Source: Octopus bimaculoides (taxonomy: Eukaryota). Taken from it: a stretch of 64,000 bases of DNA. Both the position numbers and the translations under genes were made by a program. Shown one piece after another: positions 41,990 to 54,450 of the stretch; the first letter of the stretch is position 1, and each line of letters starts with the position of its first letter. The notes beneath the pieces were generated by a model. That model did no database searches and had not been told where the DNA came from. It saw only the letters and a list, made by a program, of their open reading frames with translations. The stretch is taken from positions 42,140,777 to 42,204,776 of the forward strand of contig NC_068994.1 in NCBI RefSeq assembly GCF_001194135.2, read 5' to 3'.

Positions 41990-43620
41990 ACTGAAGAAGA
42001 GTTTGTATTTAACGTTGATGTTGAGTTAAAAGTGATGCTGGTAGAACGAGCCAAGCCAATAATAGTTGAAATGGTGATAGTAATGATGATGATGATGATG
42101 ATGATGGTGATGGTGATGATGACGATGACGGTAGTAGGTAGCCATGATCACAGAGTTGAAGGAATTGGTGCTGTGAAAAGTAATAGTTATGTTAGAAGTG
42201 ATGACAGAAAGTGATGATGGAGATGTTTGTGTTGCCAATGTTAATGATGATGACGATGGCAGCGAAATGTGCCGGCAATATTAATGTTAATGAAGACAGT
42301 GAGGGTGATGATGGAGGTGATGGCAGCGGTGAGAAAGGTGGTGGCAATGGTGGTGGTGGTGGTAGTAGTGGCGATGGTAGAGAACATATGATGGTGTGAT
42401 GGCAATGTTAATAAAGGTGGCGATGGTGATGTCGGTGATGATGGTGTCAGTGACAGTGATGGTGGTGAGAATGTGATGGCAATGCTATTGATGGTGGTGG
42501 TAGTGGTGATTGTAATGATGGTGGCGAAAATGGTGACAGTGGTGATGCTGACGATGATGGTGGTGACGGTGATGGTGGTGATGGAATGTGAATGATGATG
42601 GTGTTGGTGCTGGTGATGGTGATGGTGATAATGACGATGACGACTACGAAGATGATGACGATGACGGCGACAATGATGATGATGATGGTGGTGGCGATGG
42701 CAGTGGTGATGACGATGATGATGACGATGATGATGCTGATGATGATCTTGGTGATGGTAGTGGTGGTGATAGCGATGATCATGGGGAATATCATAGTGGT
42801 GATGATGATGATCTGGTGGTGATGTTGGTGTCAGTGATGATGGTGGTGATGGTAGTGCTATGATAGCAACGTTTATGATGATGGTGATGATGGTATTGCT
42901 GACAGTGTGAAGATCGTATTGATACTATTATTGATGATGTCAGTGATGATGAAACATTGATCACAATAATAATGTTGGGTGAGTTGATAATGTTGATTTT
43001 AATGGCCATAGTGATAGTAATCATGACAAGGGTATGAGGACAATGACGATGACAAAGGGTTATAGTCATGGTAAGGGAGGGATACAAATGGTATTGCAAT
43101 TACAGTAGGGATGTTAGCAGTGGTGATGGTGGTGATAGTGGTGGTTAGACGAGGTGTGAAGGTGGTGGCACTGATGATGATGACGGTGGTGGCAGTGATT
43201 ATGATGGTGGTGACACTAGTGATGATTGTGGTGGCATTGATGATGACAGTGGTGGTATTGATGATGACGATGGTGACATTGATGATGATGATGGTGGCAT
43301 TGATGATGATGATGGTGGAAGCAATGACGGTGGTGACATTGATGATGACGGTGGTGGCATTGATAATGATGATGGTGGTAGCAATGACGGTGGTGATATT
43401 GATGATGATGATGGTGGCATTGATGATGGCGGTGGTGGTGGTGACGAAAATGATTGTGATAGTGAAATTAATGGAGATGGTGGTGGTGGTGGTGGAGTTG
43501 ATTGTGATGGTGGTGACAAGAGCAGTGATGGTGACAGTGGTGGTGTTGATCATGATGGCGATGCAGGTGGGGGTATAAGAGTGGTGATGATAGTTGCTGA
43601 CAATTGCTAGTAGTGTTGTT
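41990..43620. repeat. 1.6-kb degenerate trinucleotide tract (GAT/GGT/GGC) containing a 60-bp higher-order repeat
   Basis: 3-periodic; the 60-bp period is visible at 43271-43432. Confidence 0.92.
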
Positions 43621-43893
43621 TATGATAAAATAGTGGTGATGTCAGTATATATATATATATATGTGTACATGTGATTATATATGCACACATGTATGAGTGT
43701 AAGTGTCTGAGTAACTGCCCCTCCTTTTGTTTGACTGAATTAAGCATTGTTCAGTGTTTATCTCTACTCCATACAAGTATAGTCTTGATCTATCAAAGCT
43801 ATTGTGCTGCCTGCATTAAGTGCAACGCCATTAACCTCACTGTTTTATTGTCAATAAGTTACGCTTCTAGACAAGATGCTTTATTGTACTTAC

Positions 43894-43965
43894 CTGGGTC
43901 TGTGGAGTTGAAAGTTAGTGCCACGCCCACAGCATGGTTGATTGATTATTAAGAAGGGCATCTTG
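43894..43965 (-). CDS. Candidate symmetric coding exon (72 nt, phase 2 to 2)
   Basis: Acceptor TTTCGTTTCTTTTTACAG and perfect donor CAG|GTAAGT. Single open frame KMPFLIINQPCCGRGTNFQLHRP; the other two frames contain stops. Confidence 0.55.
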
Positions 43966-44042
43966 CTGTAAAAAGAAACGAAATTATACGTGAGCATATA
44001 CATACACCCGCACACACACATAATTTATATATGTGTGTGTTT

Positions 44043-44087
<45 letters not shown>

Positions 44088-44187
44088 TTGAGTATATATA
44101 AAGGGTAGCAAAAATTATACAAAATTTTACTACCAGTGGCCTAGCATGTAAGAAAGTCAATGACAGCATATTCAATATATATTCTCT

Positions 44188-44240
<53 letters not shown>

Positions 44241-44528
44241 TTGTATAAATATATATATTTATGTATGCATACACCCAGTCTTGTAAATTGGAGGTGATGC
44301 GTTCATGTCCCCCTGGAGCACTTTTGTCGCAATAACTGCACACATGCATGCACACACATATGCTTTAACAATTGATAGGCAAATATTCGAATTCACCCAA
44401 GCAATAAAAGACAACAGAACTAATTAAAAATAAATCTTGGTGGTGATAGTGGTGGAAGTATGAACATTATCGGTCACTGCACTCATAAGGAAAGAAAAAG
44501 GGATTATTTTATATACATATATATGTAC

Positions 44529-44586
<58 letters not shown>

Positions 44587-44590
44587 AGAT

Positions 44591-44796
44591 TGCGGCAGAA
44601 ATACCTCCTACATTTTAAACTTTCACTTATGTGTTGCTAATGAACTTATGTAAATGTCAATGATATTTTCATTTACCTAATGAACAAAAACTGTAATCCT
44701 TTGTTTAAACAACAGTAAAATTAATTTTTCATAAATGTTGTTTTTTTCTCCTTTTGTTAACTTTTAAAATGTGGGAGGTATTTCTGCCGCACCCTG
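44591..44796. mobile_element. Tc1/mariner-type MITE
   Basis: TIRs TGCGGCAGAAATACCTCCTACATTTTAAA (44591-44619) and the reverse complement at 44763-44791 match at 28/29. The right end continues CCCTG|TA. The left terminal bases are lost next to a (TA)n(GA)n tract. Confidence 0.85.
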
Positions 44797-45051
44797 TATT
44801 ACTCTTAAACAAGAATGTTATTGATAGTGACTTCAAAGTTTTAGCCAGGTTAGCCATCATCAGGCTGAAACCTTGAAGTTACTGCCAACAACATTTTTGT
44901 ATAAGAATAATAAATTTGTATGTTACAAAAGTATAGAGCAATCCATCAGATTAATATTAAATTGTTTTTATTATAAGTGAAAAGAAAAGCATATATAATA
45001 TACATATGTTATATAAATATAAGTGTGTGTGTGTGTGAATGACTATATAAA

Positions 45052-45407
45052 TTTATTCTTTTATTTGTTTCAGTCATTTGACTGTGACCATGCTGGAGCA
45101 CCACCTTCAGTCGAACAAATCAACTCCAGGACTTTCTCTTTGTAAGCCTTGTACTTATTCTATCGGTCTTTTTGTTAAGTTACAGGGATGTAAACACACA
45201 AGCATCGGTTGTCAAGCAATGGTGGTGGGGACAAACACACATATGACGGGCTCCTTTCAATTTCTGTCTACCAAATCCACTCACATGGTTCTGGTCGGCC
45301 TGAGGCTATAGTAGAAGACACTTGTCCAAGGGGCCACGCAGTGGGACTGAACCCGGAACCATGTGGTTCGTAAGCAAGCTACTTACTATGCAGCCACTCC
45401 TGTGCCT
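45052..45407 (-). mobile_element. SINE family A
   Basis: Reverse complement of the family A head and tail. Confidence 0.88.
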
Positions 45408-45835
45408 AGATTATATATAAATATATATTTCATATATATATGAAAAATATAATTTATCGTGTGTGAAACTGGGAAAGCATAACTAATTTTAAATGGTTTT
45501 CAATAAAAATGATTGAAGAGGCTTATCTTGTGAGTTACTTGGTGACCTTACTAGTGTGTCAGGTCCACAAAAGAAGAAAAAGGCACTCATTATTCTCTGT
45601 AAAGTAGTTGGCATTAAAAAGGGCATCTAGTCACAGACATCATGCTAAAGCAGTCATTAGAGCTTGATGCAGTCCCCTAATTCAACAGTTCCTGTCAAAT
45701 ATTTCAGCCCATGCCAGCAATGAATATGAATGTTAAATGATGAAGATGGTTACTATAATCAGCTTGGAGTTTTAAAGTTAAGATGTTTTTGTATTTGCAA
45801 TGTAATTTAATGAACATACATAATTTTAACATTTA

Positions 45836-45998
45836 TAAGGAACTCTGGTGTATAATACATCCCCTAATTTTGGTGGCTTAAAATTTGGAAAAAAGATTTT
45901 GAAAGGGATTATAATACTATCCATGTATAAGAAATCCCCATATTTTTTAACCTAATTTTTGACAAAAAAGGGTTCCTTATACATGCTAAAATATCGTA
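45836..45998. mobile_element. Decayed pogo/Tigger-like MITE
   Basis: Repeated subterminal motif GTATAA..A..CCC (direct at about 45859 and 45924, inverted at about 45970). Right end TTATACATGCTAAAATATCGTA resembles pogo-type TIRs. Confidence 0.45.
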
Positions 45999-46145
45999 TA
46001 TATCATAATACAAAGGAGATAAGTAAGTAATGAGTTGGTTTAATGATGATGTGAGGCATTTACAGATATCTTAGAAATTAGTTTTCCTTCTATCTTGTGT
46101 TTTGATTGTAGCCTAAGGTTGATGAAAAACTTGTGGTTTAAATAG

Positions 46146-46372
46146 TAAATTTTTCTGTCACTATATTTCTGTTAAAATGCAGTTCTGTTTTAATTAATTC
46201 TGAAGATAATGAAGTATTTACTAAAATAACTTTGCCATTATTTAGCTGCTTTCTGGAATATTAATTAACATGAAATTTTGATGGAAGGTTTTAACTTAGA
46301 TCACTTTAAAACAGGGAATTTGTGTCATAGAACTCTAGATGGTATCAAGTGGGTTGAAATCAAAAAGGTTGA
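46146..46372. mobile_element. Possible piggyBac-like MITE (decayed)
   Basis: Ends AAAAGGTTGA (cf. AAAGGGTTAA). A more decayed relative at about 19640-19870 ends GGTATGAAAAGAGTTAA. The family assignment comes from my recollection of octopus repeats. Confidence 0.35.
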
Positions 46373-46391
46373 TACTAATTATTGACTTGAG

Positions 46392-46583
46392 CTTTTGACA
46401 CAAGGCCAACAAATTTGAGGGAAGGACTAAATTGATTAAATCAGTCTCAGTGTTCAACCGGTACTTATTTCATCATTTCTGAAAGTAAAAGAGGCAAGTC
46501 TTATACCTCAGAACATAAAGATGGATTAAATTCCATTAAGCATTTTTCCCAGCATGCTAATGGCTCTGCCAGCTCCTTGCCTT
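46392..46583 (-). mobile_element. SINE family B, diverged
   Basis: Diverged copy. Further fragments at about 18680-18812, 34370-34560 and 53040-53200. Confidence 0.65.
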
Positions 46584-47169
46584 AGCGTTGATTCTAATTA
46601 TTACAAACCACACATAATAATTTTGCTCAGAGGACATCTGACTATTGACTATAACAATTTCTACATTTTTACACATCTGCTTTAGCTTATCAACTACATG
46701 CAACCACATTGGTAATGACGTAGCCACTACACGGTCATTAAATATGTTAGAAATAGCAGCCAAAACACCCACAAAGCAAATGGTATGTATCAAGTTAGTT
46801 ACAACCCTCCCATTCTCCTCGTTATAAATCTCAAAGAAAGATGAAAATGAAAACATGACTGAAATAACTTTAAACATTTGTAAAAAAATAAACAAGAAAA
46901 TATACATTGAAATAAATAATAGCGAAATGACTTTAAAAGATTTATAAGAAAGATCAAAAGTTATAAAATTGTGAAATGTGAAAGTTCTCTGCATTACTGT
47001 AATGTACGCATATGAGCCTGGTGGTGATGGTCGTAGTTATGGTGGTAATAGTAGTAGTGGTGGTTATGGTGGTAATAGTAGTGGTGGTGGTACACTTCAA
47101 AAACAAATTTTGTTTACAAGCATCTGTGAAAATTTTGTGAAGAAAAATGGTGTCATTAGATTGTAAGAA

Positions 47170-48450
47170 ATGAAAATATATGAAGATAAGAACAGAAATG
47201 TAAAGCTGAAGTTGATGTAAGATTTTGCATTCATTGTTAAAGAAAGTTAAACCTTTGTCTTATCTGCTGTGTGTTATACAGTGAATACAAAGTTAGTAAC
47301 TTGAAACGCCACAATGAAGCAAATCATAAAACACTTTGAGTATTTCATCTTTTTTTTATAGGTGCAAGGTATGGTTGTACTGTTGAGAAATTTGTTTAGT
47401 AACCACAGTTCAGTCCCATTATTCAGCACCTTGGGCAAGTGTCTGCTACATTAGCCTGAGGTTGACCAAAATCCTGAGTAGTTTTGGTACTCAGAAACTG
47501 AAAAAAGCCCATCACACACACATTCTTTCTTACAGTAATAATGAGGTTATGTGCCTCCGGCCAGCAGGTTTTTCAAGTCGCCAATATTGCTAAGAGTTTA
47601 TAAAGTGCAAAACTAATGGTAACTCCCCGATCAGCCATATCCAATGACCAGGTTAAATATTTGCATGTGTGTGTGTGTGTGCGTGTTTGTCTGCTACCCC
47701 TACTGACAACTAGTGCTGGTTTGTTTACATGCCCTGTAACCTAGAAGTTTGGTAAAAGTGACCAATATAATAAAGTACCAGGCTTTAAAAAAAATACTGG
47801 GTTTGATTTTTCAGACTATACCCTTGAAAGTGGTGCCCCAGCATGGCCACTGTTCAAAGGCTGAAACAAGTATAACATAAAAGATATTCACCTGAATGAG
47901 GAGACTCACTACAATTTCAGAAGTTTTATTGAAGAACTAAAAGTTGAAAATAAAATTAGTAACATCTCTTTTTAATGCATTATACAGTGGCTAGCTGTTG
48001 ACCAATAACATTTTGAGTACATTTGTAGATCTGTTAGAAACTATCATTACTTTTCTTGAAGTAAAGCAAAGATCCTGTCCTCAAGCAGAAAATGAGGTAA
48101 TGCTCTAGTTATGAAAACATGCTGTAGAAATAGAATTAATGAAATTACAGGAGGACCTAAGTTTGTCACTGATCAACAAATTTCAGTCTGTCATTGAAAT
48201 GTGGAAAAAAATAAATCCAGAAATAGAATATCCTGAACCAAAGAAATCTAATTTGTGACTTATATGAATTTCAGCACAATGTACTGCTGTGAATTATGAA
48301 TTACTGTTATCTGTAATGAAGTTTGAGAACTTGAGGAATCATGAAAACCTTACAAATGAACATCAGACAAAGATAAAACTGACAAGTATATTAGTCAGAT
48401 TTTTCAATGACTTGCAATCAAAATGGAGAGTGACAAAAATCTCTAATAGT
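47170..48450 (+). mobile_element. Decayed hAT transposase (Charlie/SPIN/GTF2IRD2-like), internally deleted and interrupted by a SINE at 47358-47880
   Basis: N-terminal finger DFAFIVKE/KP-CLIC/YKVSNLKRHNEANH (47220-47335); core NFRSFIEEL...IQWL...NILSTFVDLLETIITFLE (47900-48090); dimerisation region EMWKK...FSTMYCCE...SVMKF...LTNEH. Confidence 0.85.
47358..47880 (+). mobile_element. Older SINE family A copy with an internal insert, nested in the hAT transposase
   Basis: Diverged head 47358-47520, unrelated segment about 47520-47665, tail 47665-47880. Confidence 0.7.
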
Positions 48451-49424
48451 ACTAAATAGCAGCTTTAATAGTCTGATAACTGTAACATTATTTGTCATAA
48501 AATTATTATAATAATACTGTAAATTTGTAAAGTGGAATCTGATTAAAATGTCTTTGATTTTATTAGTTTTCTTCCCACTTTTTATTTTCTTGTCATATTT
48601 TCTTACATGTTTTGATCAGATATTTACTAAGTCAAATGAATATAACTTATTTGATAGCATGAAAGATGCCACACAATTTCAGTAGTGTGTATTCAGGGAA
48701 AATGTTTTAAGTACATGAAGCTTATGGGAGGTCCAACTTTGTATATAGGACCTGAAGTGATTTTTTAAATAAATTTATTGGGCAGAAAAAGTGTCATATA
48801 TGGCAACGAATACAGTAGTTAATTAGAAATATGTTTTATTTTATTTTTTATTAGAGGTACCAAAATGAAATAGTGCATTTCAGGTAATGAGTTCAAATCA
48901 ACATAAAACATATTGTAAATACATTTATTCACTCAAAATAATGACTGTCTCTAACAATAACTTTCTCTGCCTTGAAACCAATATTCTGATTCCTTTGGCA
49001 AAAATATCAGATTCTTAAGGTGAGACTAATGTTTGGCATTCCATTTCAATATTGTTCCTGGCTTTGTATATTTTTTCACAAGTAAAATATTCATGAGAAC
49101 TGAATAAACGAAGATTTGATAGCGTTAGGTCTGGTGAGTGGGGAGGGAGAAATATTTTTCCAGCATTATGAATTTATCTTATCGAGGCTTTTTTGCTGAA
49201 TCTGCCTTGCATTATTATGTTGCAGGATGGCTCCTTTTCTATTAATTAGAGCAGGTTATTTTTTGAAAAAAGAGAAAAAAAAAATGAGTTGATGCAATCA
49301 AATTTTTGACAATTAAGTTCATTCTGTGGTACTTTTTTCTTGTTCTAATAATTCGAAGTGATCAATATCTATTATATTCCACCAAAGGCACAGCAGAATC
49401 TTACTGATTGACATCCATTCAAAA

Positions 49425-49620
49425 AAAAAAAATAAATAAATAAATTAAATCACTGTTTCTAAATTTGTGAAACCACGTTTGGTATTTCTGAACATTCACC
49501 CCGCCAGGATATTCAGTTCTTATGTTTACTTTTACACATGTTGCATTATTTCCCTTATGAAATTCGTGAAGCATGCAATGCCGAATATGCAGCTCACTAA
49601 AGATCATGTCTTCCATGGGC
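49425..49620 (-). mobile_element. Mariner (Mos1/SETMAR-type) transposase N-terminal HTH fragment
   Basis: ORF 49419-49616 HIRHCMLHEFHKGNNAT...VNVQKYQTWFHKFRNSD matches the mariner HTH consensus. The DDD domain is absent. Confidence 0.85.
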
Positions 49621-50762
49621 TATCAGATAGAACATATACACACATAGTATGTGTGTACATCCATCTTAATATTTGATTATTTACTCTTTTTGCTGATTGG
49701 TTGATTCCAAGCTCAACTTTTATTGACTAGTAAACAATTTGTAGTATGACATCAAAATATTTGCTTGAGAAAACAACATCACTTTTCCATCTTTCTTATA
49801 GTTTCACTTTTGTTTGTCATATTAATTATGTTAATGATATAGTTAAAACAGTCATCATTCAATAATTTGAAAAGATTTGGTGTCTATGTACAGTATACTT
49901 CATTATCACTGAAACTAGTACAAATTAGCAATTTAGAAATTGCATACATGTTGTTCCTAAATGTATTTATAAGCATACTGTAAAAAAATGTGTGTATGCC
50001 GCAATAAAAATGAGTGCATAAATTTATGTTCACGTATTGCAGCTCTCAAATATCTGAAATTTGTCTTATGTAATTCTTCAAGTTTAACCACCTGCGTGTG
50101 TGTGTGTGTGCATGTGCATGTGTTCACGTGTGAGTGTGTTTGTGTGTTTCTCTGTCTATGGATGTGTTCATGTATTTCACACACACACACATACACACAC
50201 ACATTCACACCTATATCCTTGCAGACTTCTCAAATACTTTAGGATTAGCTGCCATCAATATTTTTTAAATATCAATAAAACTACCAAAGCATGGCTACCA
50301 GACATAAATAATTTCAAAAAATATTTTTGTATAATGAAAATATTTTTCATATGTAATCTTCAGTTTGATGTATTTTGCAGGTAGGGGTAAAAATTGTCTT
50401 AGAGATTCAAAATCACATAATTTAGCTCTTATTAATAAATAGAGAAATGGTTGTATTTATAACTTGAGGTCTTTGTCATAAATTTAATGCACAATGCTAT
50501 GATAAAATCTTTTATCTTTTACTTGTTTCAGTCATTGAGCTATGGCCTTGTTAGCTTAGTCAAACTGACTCTGATACTTATTCTTTTGGTCTCTTTTGTC
50601 GAACCACTAAGTTACAGGGCCATAGACAAATCAATGCCAGTTGTGAAGCATTGAAGGAAGTAATGTTCACAAACACAAAGACGAAGACACATGCATGTAC
50701 ATATGCATATGTGTGTGCATGCACACACGCACGTATGTGTCTATATACACATACATACATAC

Positions 50763-50805
<43 letters not shown>

Positions 50806-51299
50806 NNNNNNNNNNNNNNNNNNNNNNNNNNNNNNNNNNNNNNNNNNNNNNNNNNNNNNNNNNNNNNNNNNNNNNNNNNNNNNNNNNNNNNNNNNNNNNN
50901 NNNNNNNNNNNNNNNNNNNNNNNNNNNNNNNNNNNNNNNAAAAGTATTATAGTAATAATATTAGGGAATGAAAAATTTATTCCAACCTTACAGGCAAAAA
51001 TCGGTATAATATTATACCGGGTTTCCTAATATATAATATATATGTATATAACTAATTTAGAGACGAACCACCACTCTACAACTCAGTCAACTCATAACCC
51101 GTCCAGATCCATGCTGTGAGGCATATACCATCTTAATACATCAAAGATTTTAATCTAAAAGTTCAAATTAAATAACATATTACATAAATAAATCATAGAA
51201 ATATTAATTTTAAAAATTTTAAAGTCAAATTTATAAAATGGACAGTAAAAATTAATACGATAATATACAGTATGGAAGTGTAAATGTAAAAAGTTAGTG

Positions 51300-52420
51300 C
51301 TAGTACATAGACTACGTGCGTTTCATGGGTCAAATAGGACTATATAAAATCATAAGCAAATTCTATCTGAGTTCATTAGAACGGGGAAATGATTTTACTC
51401 CCAAAGTACCTAAAAATCATTCAAGGAATAAACATAAACATGAGAAATAAAAATATATATAAAGAGACAAAATCTGTAAACTAATCCCCACATTAACGGT
51501 ATCAATATAAATATTAAGAGTTACAATCTAAAAACATTATAGTAAACAAGGTTAAAACATTATGGAATACGTAGATAATAGTAAAAAAATGTGTTAGTGT
51601 ATAAAGTTACTAAAAGACGGATGTCGATATTGTTTATAAAATTAAAATAAGAAAACATGACTTATGTGCCGGCTGGTCACTGTATAATTAAAACAAAATG
51701 GCTGTGCTATAGAATTTATACTAAAAGGTCACGTGATATGGCGTCTATTACCCAGAAGTACATGCATATTATAATTATTAAAATAATAACGAAAATATCG
51801 AAAAATAAAATCTACCTAAAATAAAAAGTTTCTGGAGGATTAAAAATACTAAAATACTTAAACTTGCAAATTAACGCAGAGTAATACCTATACACATACG
51901 AAAATTCTATATTACGTAAATAATGCTATGAAAATTAATACTGAAAAGTCACGTGATAAACATGGCGTCCATTACCAGAGGTAAATACGTGTTATAATTA
52001 CTAAAATAATAACGAAAATATCGAAAAAGAAAATCTACCTAAAATAAAAAGCTTATTGAAGATTAATAATACTAAAATACTTAAAACTCTCAGATTTACG
52101 CAGAATAATAACTATACCAAGTATGAAAGGACTCATATTATCGTTGAATACTTAAAGTAAAGGTAATTATATGTTACAATTTTGTATAATATTGTGATGA
52201 TTAAAGTGTATTCTAAAGCTAATTTCATGTATTCTACGATACTGATCATAACTATAAGCTGGTACCTAATCCTAAGTTTAAATAAATAAATTAGTTATCT
52301 AAAATTATATAAGTAATTTAATTTATGTTTGCATTTAATATTACGTTCATCGTGGGAGTTAAATCAATTTTTTATTAGCTAATAATATCTCTTTAAATTC
52401 GTTAGTACATAATAAGCAGA
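51300..52420 (-). mobile_element. Probable second non-autonomous Helitron with an internal tandem duplication
   Basis: CTAG at 51300-51303 sits next to CTACGTGCGTTTCATGGG, a decayed CCCGTGCxTTGCACGGG-type hairpin. CpG is retained in the interior. The 5' end is not securely placed. Confidence 0.4.
51705..52145 (+). repeat. Two diverged tandem copies of a 220-bp unit
   Basis: GTCACGTGAT at 51728 and 51948 (period 220). AAAATAATAACGAAAATATCGAAAAA and AAAATCTACCTAAAATAAAAAG occur in both copies. Confidence 0.9.
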
Positions 52421-54129
52421 ATTTATTCCCTATCCTCTATGATTTAGCCTTGCAAGCTATTTCCCATTTTAACTCGTATTCTATTCTTTTTTATTTAAAT
52501 TCCCAAATGTATTTACCAAGGCCCGTAGAGTTCATTAAATTTCTGTTGTTAAAAGAATTCATATGTTGGGACTCACAGAGGGAATGACAAGGGACCGAGA
52601 CTCCTGGTAGTTTACTGTGCTTGAAAAGACAAGTCAAGCTAAGTACATGTGTGGTTACCCTTGCGTACAGGCTTATCCCCTGCAACCCTCCCCAGTTGAG
52701 TATGCCTTACCTTGTGGACTCATAGATGCTGGTGCCACCTAAAAAACACCCATGCCGGTGCTGTATAATCGCACCCAATACACTCTGTAAAGTGGTTGGC
52801 ATTAGGAAGGGCATCCAGTCATAGAAATTATACCAAAACAGACATAGAGCCTAAGAAGCCCTTCAGCTGCTCAGCTCCTGTCAAATTGTCCAACCCAAGC
52901 CAACATGGAAAATGGACGTTAAATGATAATTATGACGATGACGATGATAATAATCATCATCATCACCATGTGACAGGATCTGATAAATCCAAACCACTAG
53001 GCACAATTGAATGAAGTATAATGCATCAAGTAAAATTGCATGGTGGTATTTAGTTGCAAATTTTTACAATCTGATTTCAAATCTTACCAAGGCTGGTTGC
53101 ACCTTTAATTTTTCTGAGGTTGATTAAATAAAATATAAGTCAAATACTGTAGGGTTGATATTAATGGCTATACCTTCATCAGCATCTCAAAATTTTAGAC
53201 CTTCTACATATGTTTGAAATCAATATTTTTATAACACAATCAAAGTTTGTTACAAGTTGAAAATTGAAATCTTTTGAATATGAAATGTCAAAAATACACA
53301 GCAGAATATAAATTATGAACATAATATTTTTTTATGTCAACAGATTTCAGCTTTCGATACATTTTTTTTCTTTTCCTTTGTTACTATCATAAATAAATAA
53401 ATATAATACTACTTGTGTGTAGACATGAGGTGAATAGTGGGTGGGGTGGGGGAGTGAACCAAGTGTATTATGAATAAAAACACTAGAGAATATCTAACTG
53501 CTAGTTGGTATTATATCCCATATTACATGTAAGATATATCAGATTTATTTAAGGATAAAATGGATAAGTTGTTTATTTTTAGATGAAAATTCCCTTCGAC
53601 AAAAAGCAATTCTTCTGCTTTATCAAAGTACTTCAGGTACTTACTGGAGAATTTTATATCACAAAATTGGCTTTTGTGTTATAGAAATATACAAGAAAAG
53701 TTTCTGCAGACTTTCTCCTAAAAGATAATCTGCTATATTACTTACAAAAAATTTCTATTAGTTTTTCATCTGCATATCTCAATCTTTCTTGTTGGGTCTA
53801 CTAAGTATGTTTTAAAACCTTGCTGTGTTCAGAACAGATTTGCCAGATGGAGAAATATCAACGTTATTAAAAACACAGATCTAAAATTCTACCAAAAGAG
53901 CATTTATATATCCCTTTTGACAATATCTAAAGTTTCTGTTTTACCAACATATATTTCCACCAAATATAAATCATACCATTCATGCCAACCTACTGCTTTT
54001 ATTTTTCTAGTTTGTCGTATTGAGAAAGCTATGAGGGTTCAGAGATATTTAGATTTACTTAACTTCTTGGTTGACTTTAGATCCACGATAAAACTTTTAC
54101 TCACAGGCGTGGCAGTGTGGTAAAAAGTT

Positions 54130-54450
54130 CAGGATCACAACACATAAATACATTGCAACACAATTTCTTTTCCTCAACAGGCCCTACCCTATATAACATT
54201 GTCCCAAAAACAGATCAAAGAGGAAAAGGATCCCATCACCTTTAAATGGAATCTAGACAAATTTCTTCAAGGAATACCAGATAAGGCACCTATACCTGGA
54301 TACAACTCACTGAACAAGAACTCCCTACTCAAATGAACCATGATACCACAAAACTCGACTTAAAAAGGATTTAGATAATCCTATCAGATGGTGCTATTAA
54401 GTCAGACATAGCTTGGACCAATCTTTGGTCAAAACATATCTAAGTTTTAT
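54130..54450 (+). mobile_element. 3' end of a CR1/L2-group LINE
   Basis: INTLQHNFFSSTGPTLYNIVPK, then a frameshift, then IKEEKDPITFKWNLDKFLQGIPDKAPIPGYNSLNKNSLLK*, matching the GPxLFNxLP...FKxxLDKFL..IPD.P..PGY C-terminal signature. Confidence 0.75.

Noticed and set aside
42588-42863. Asp/Gly-rich ORF resembling acidic biomineral proteins, and the Met/Val-rich 278-aa ORF at 30444-31280
   Set aside because: Both are alternative frames of degenerate GAT/GGT triplet tracts, with no signal peptide, splice context or unique domain.
47015-47095. GGDGRSYGGNSSSGGYGGNSSGGG glycine-rich peptide
   Set aside because: A short GGT/AGT triplet tract with a small internal duplication and no exon boundaries.
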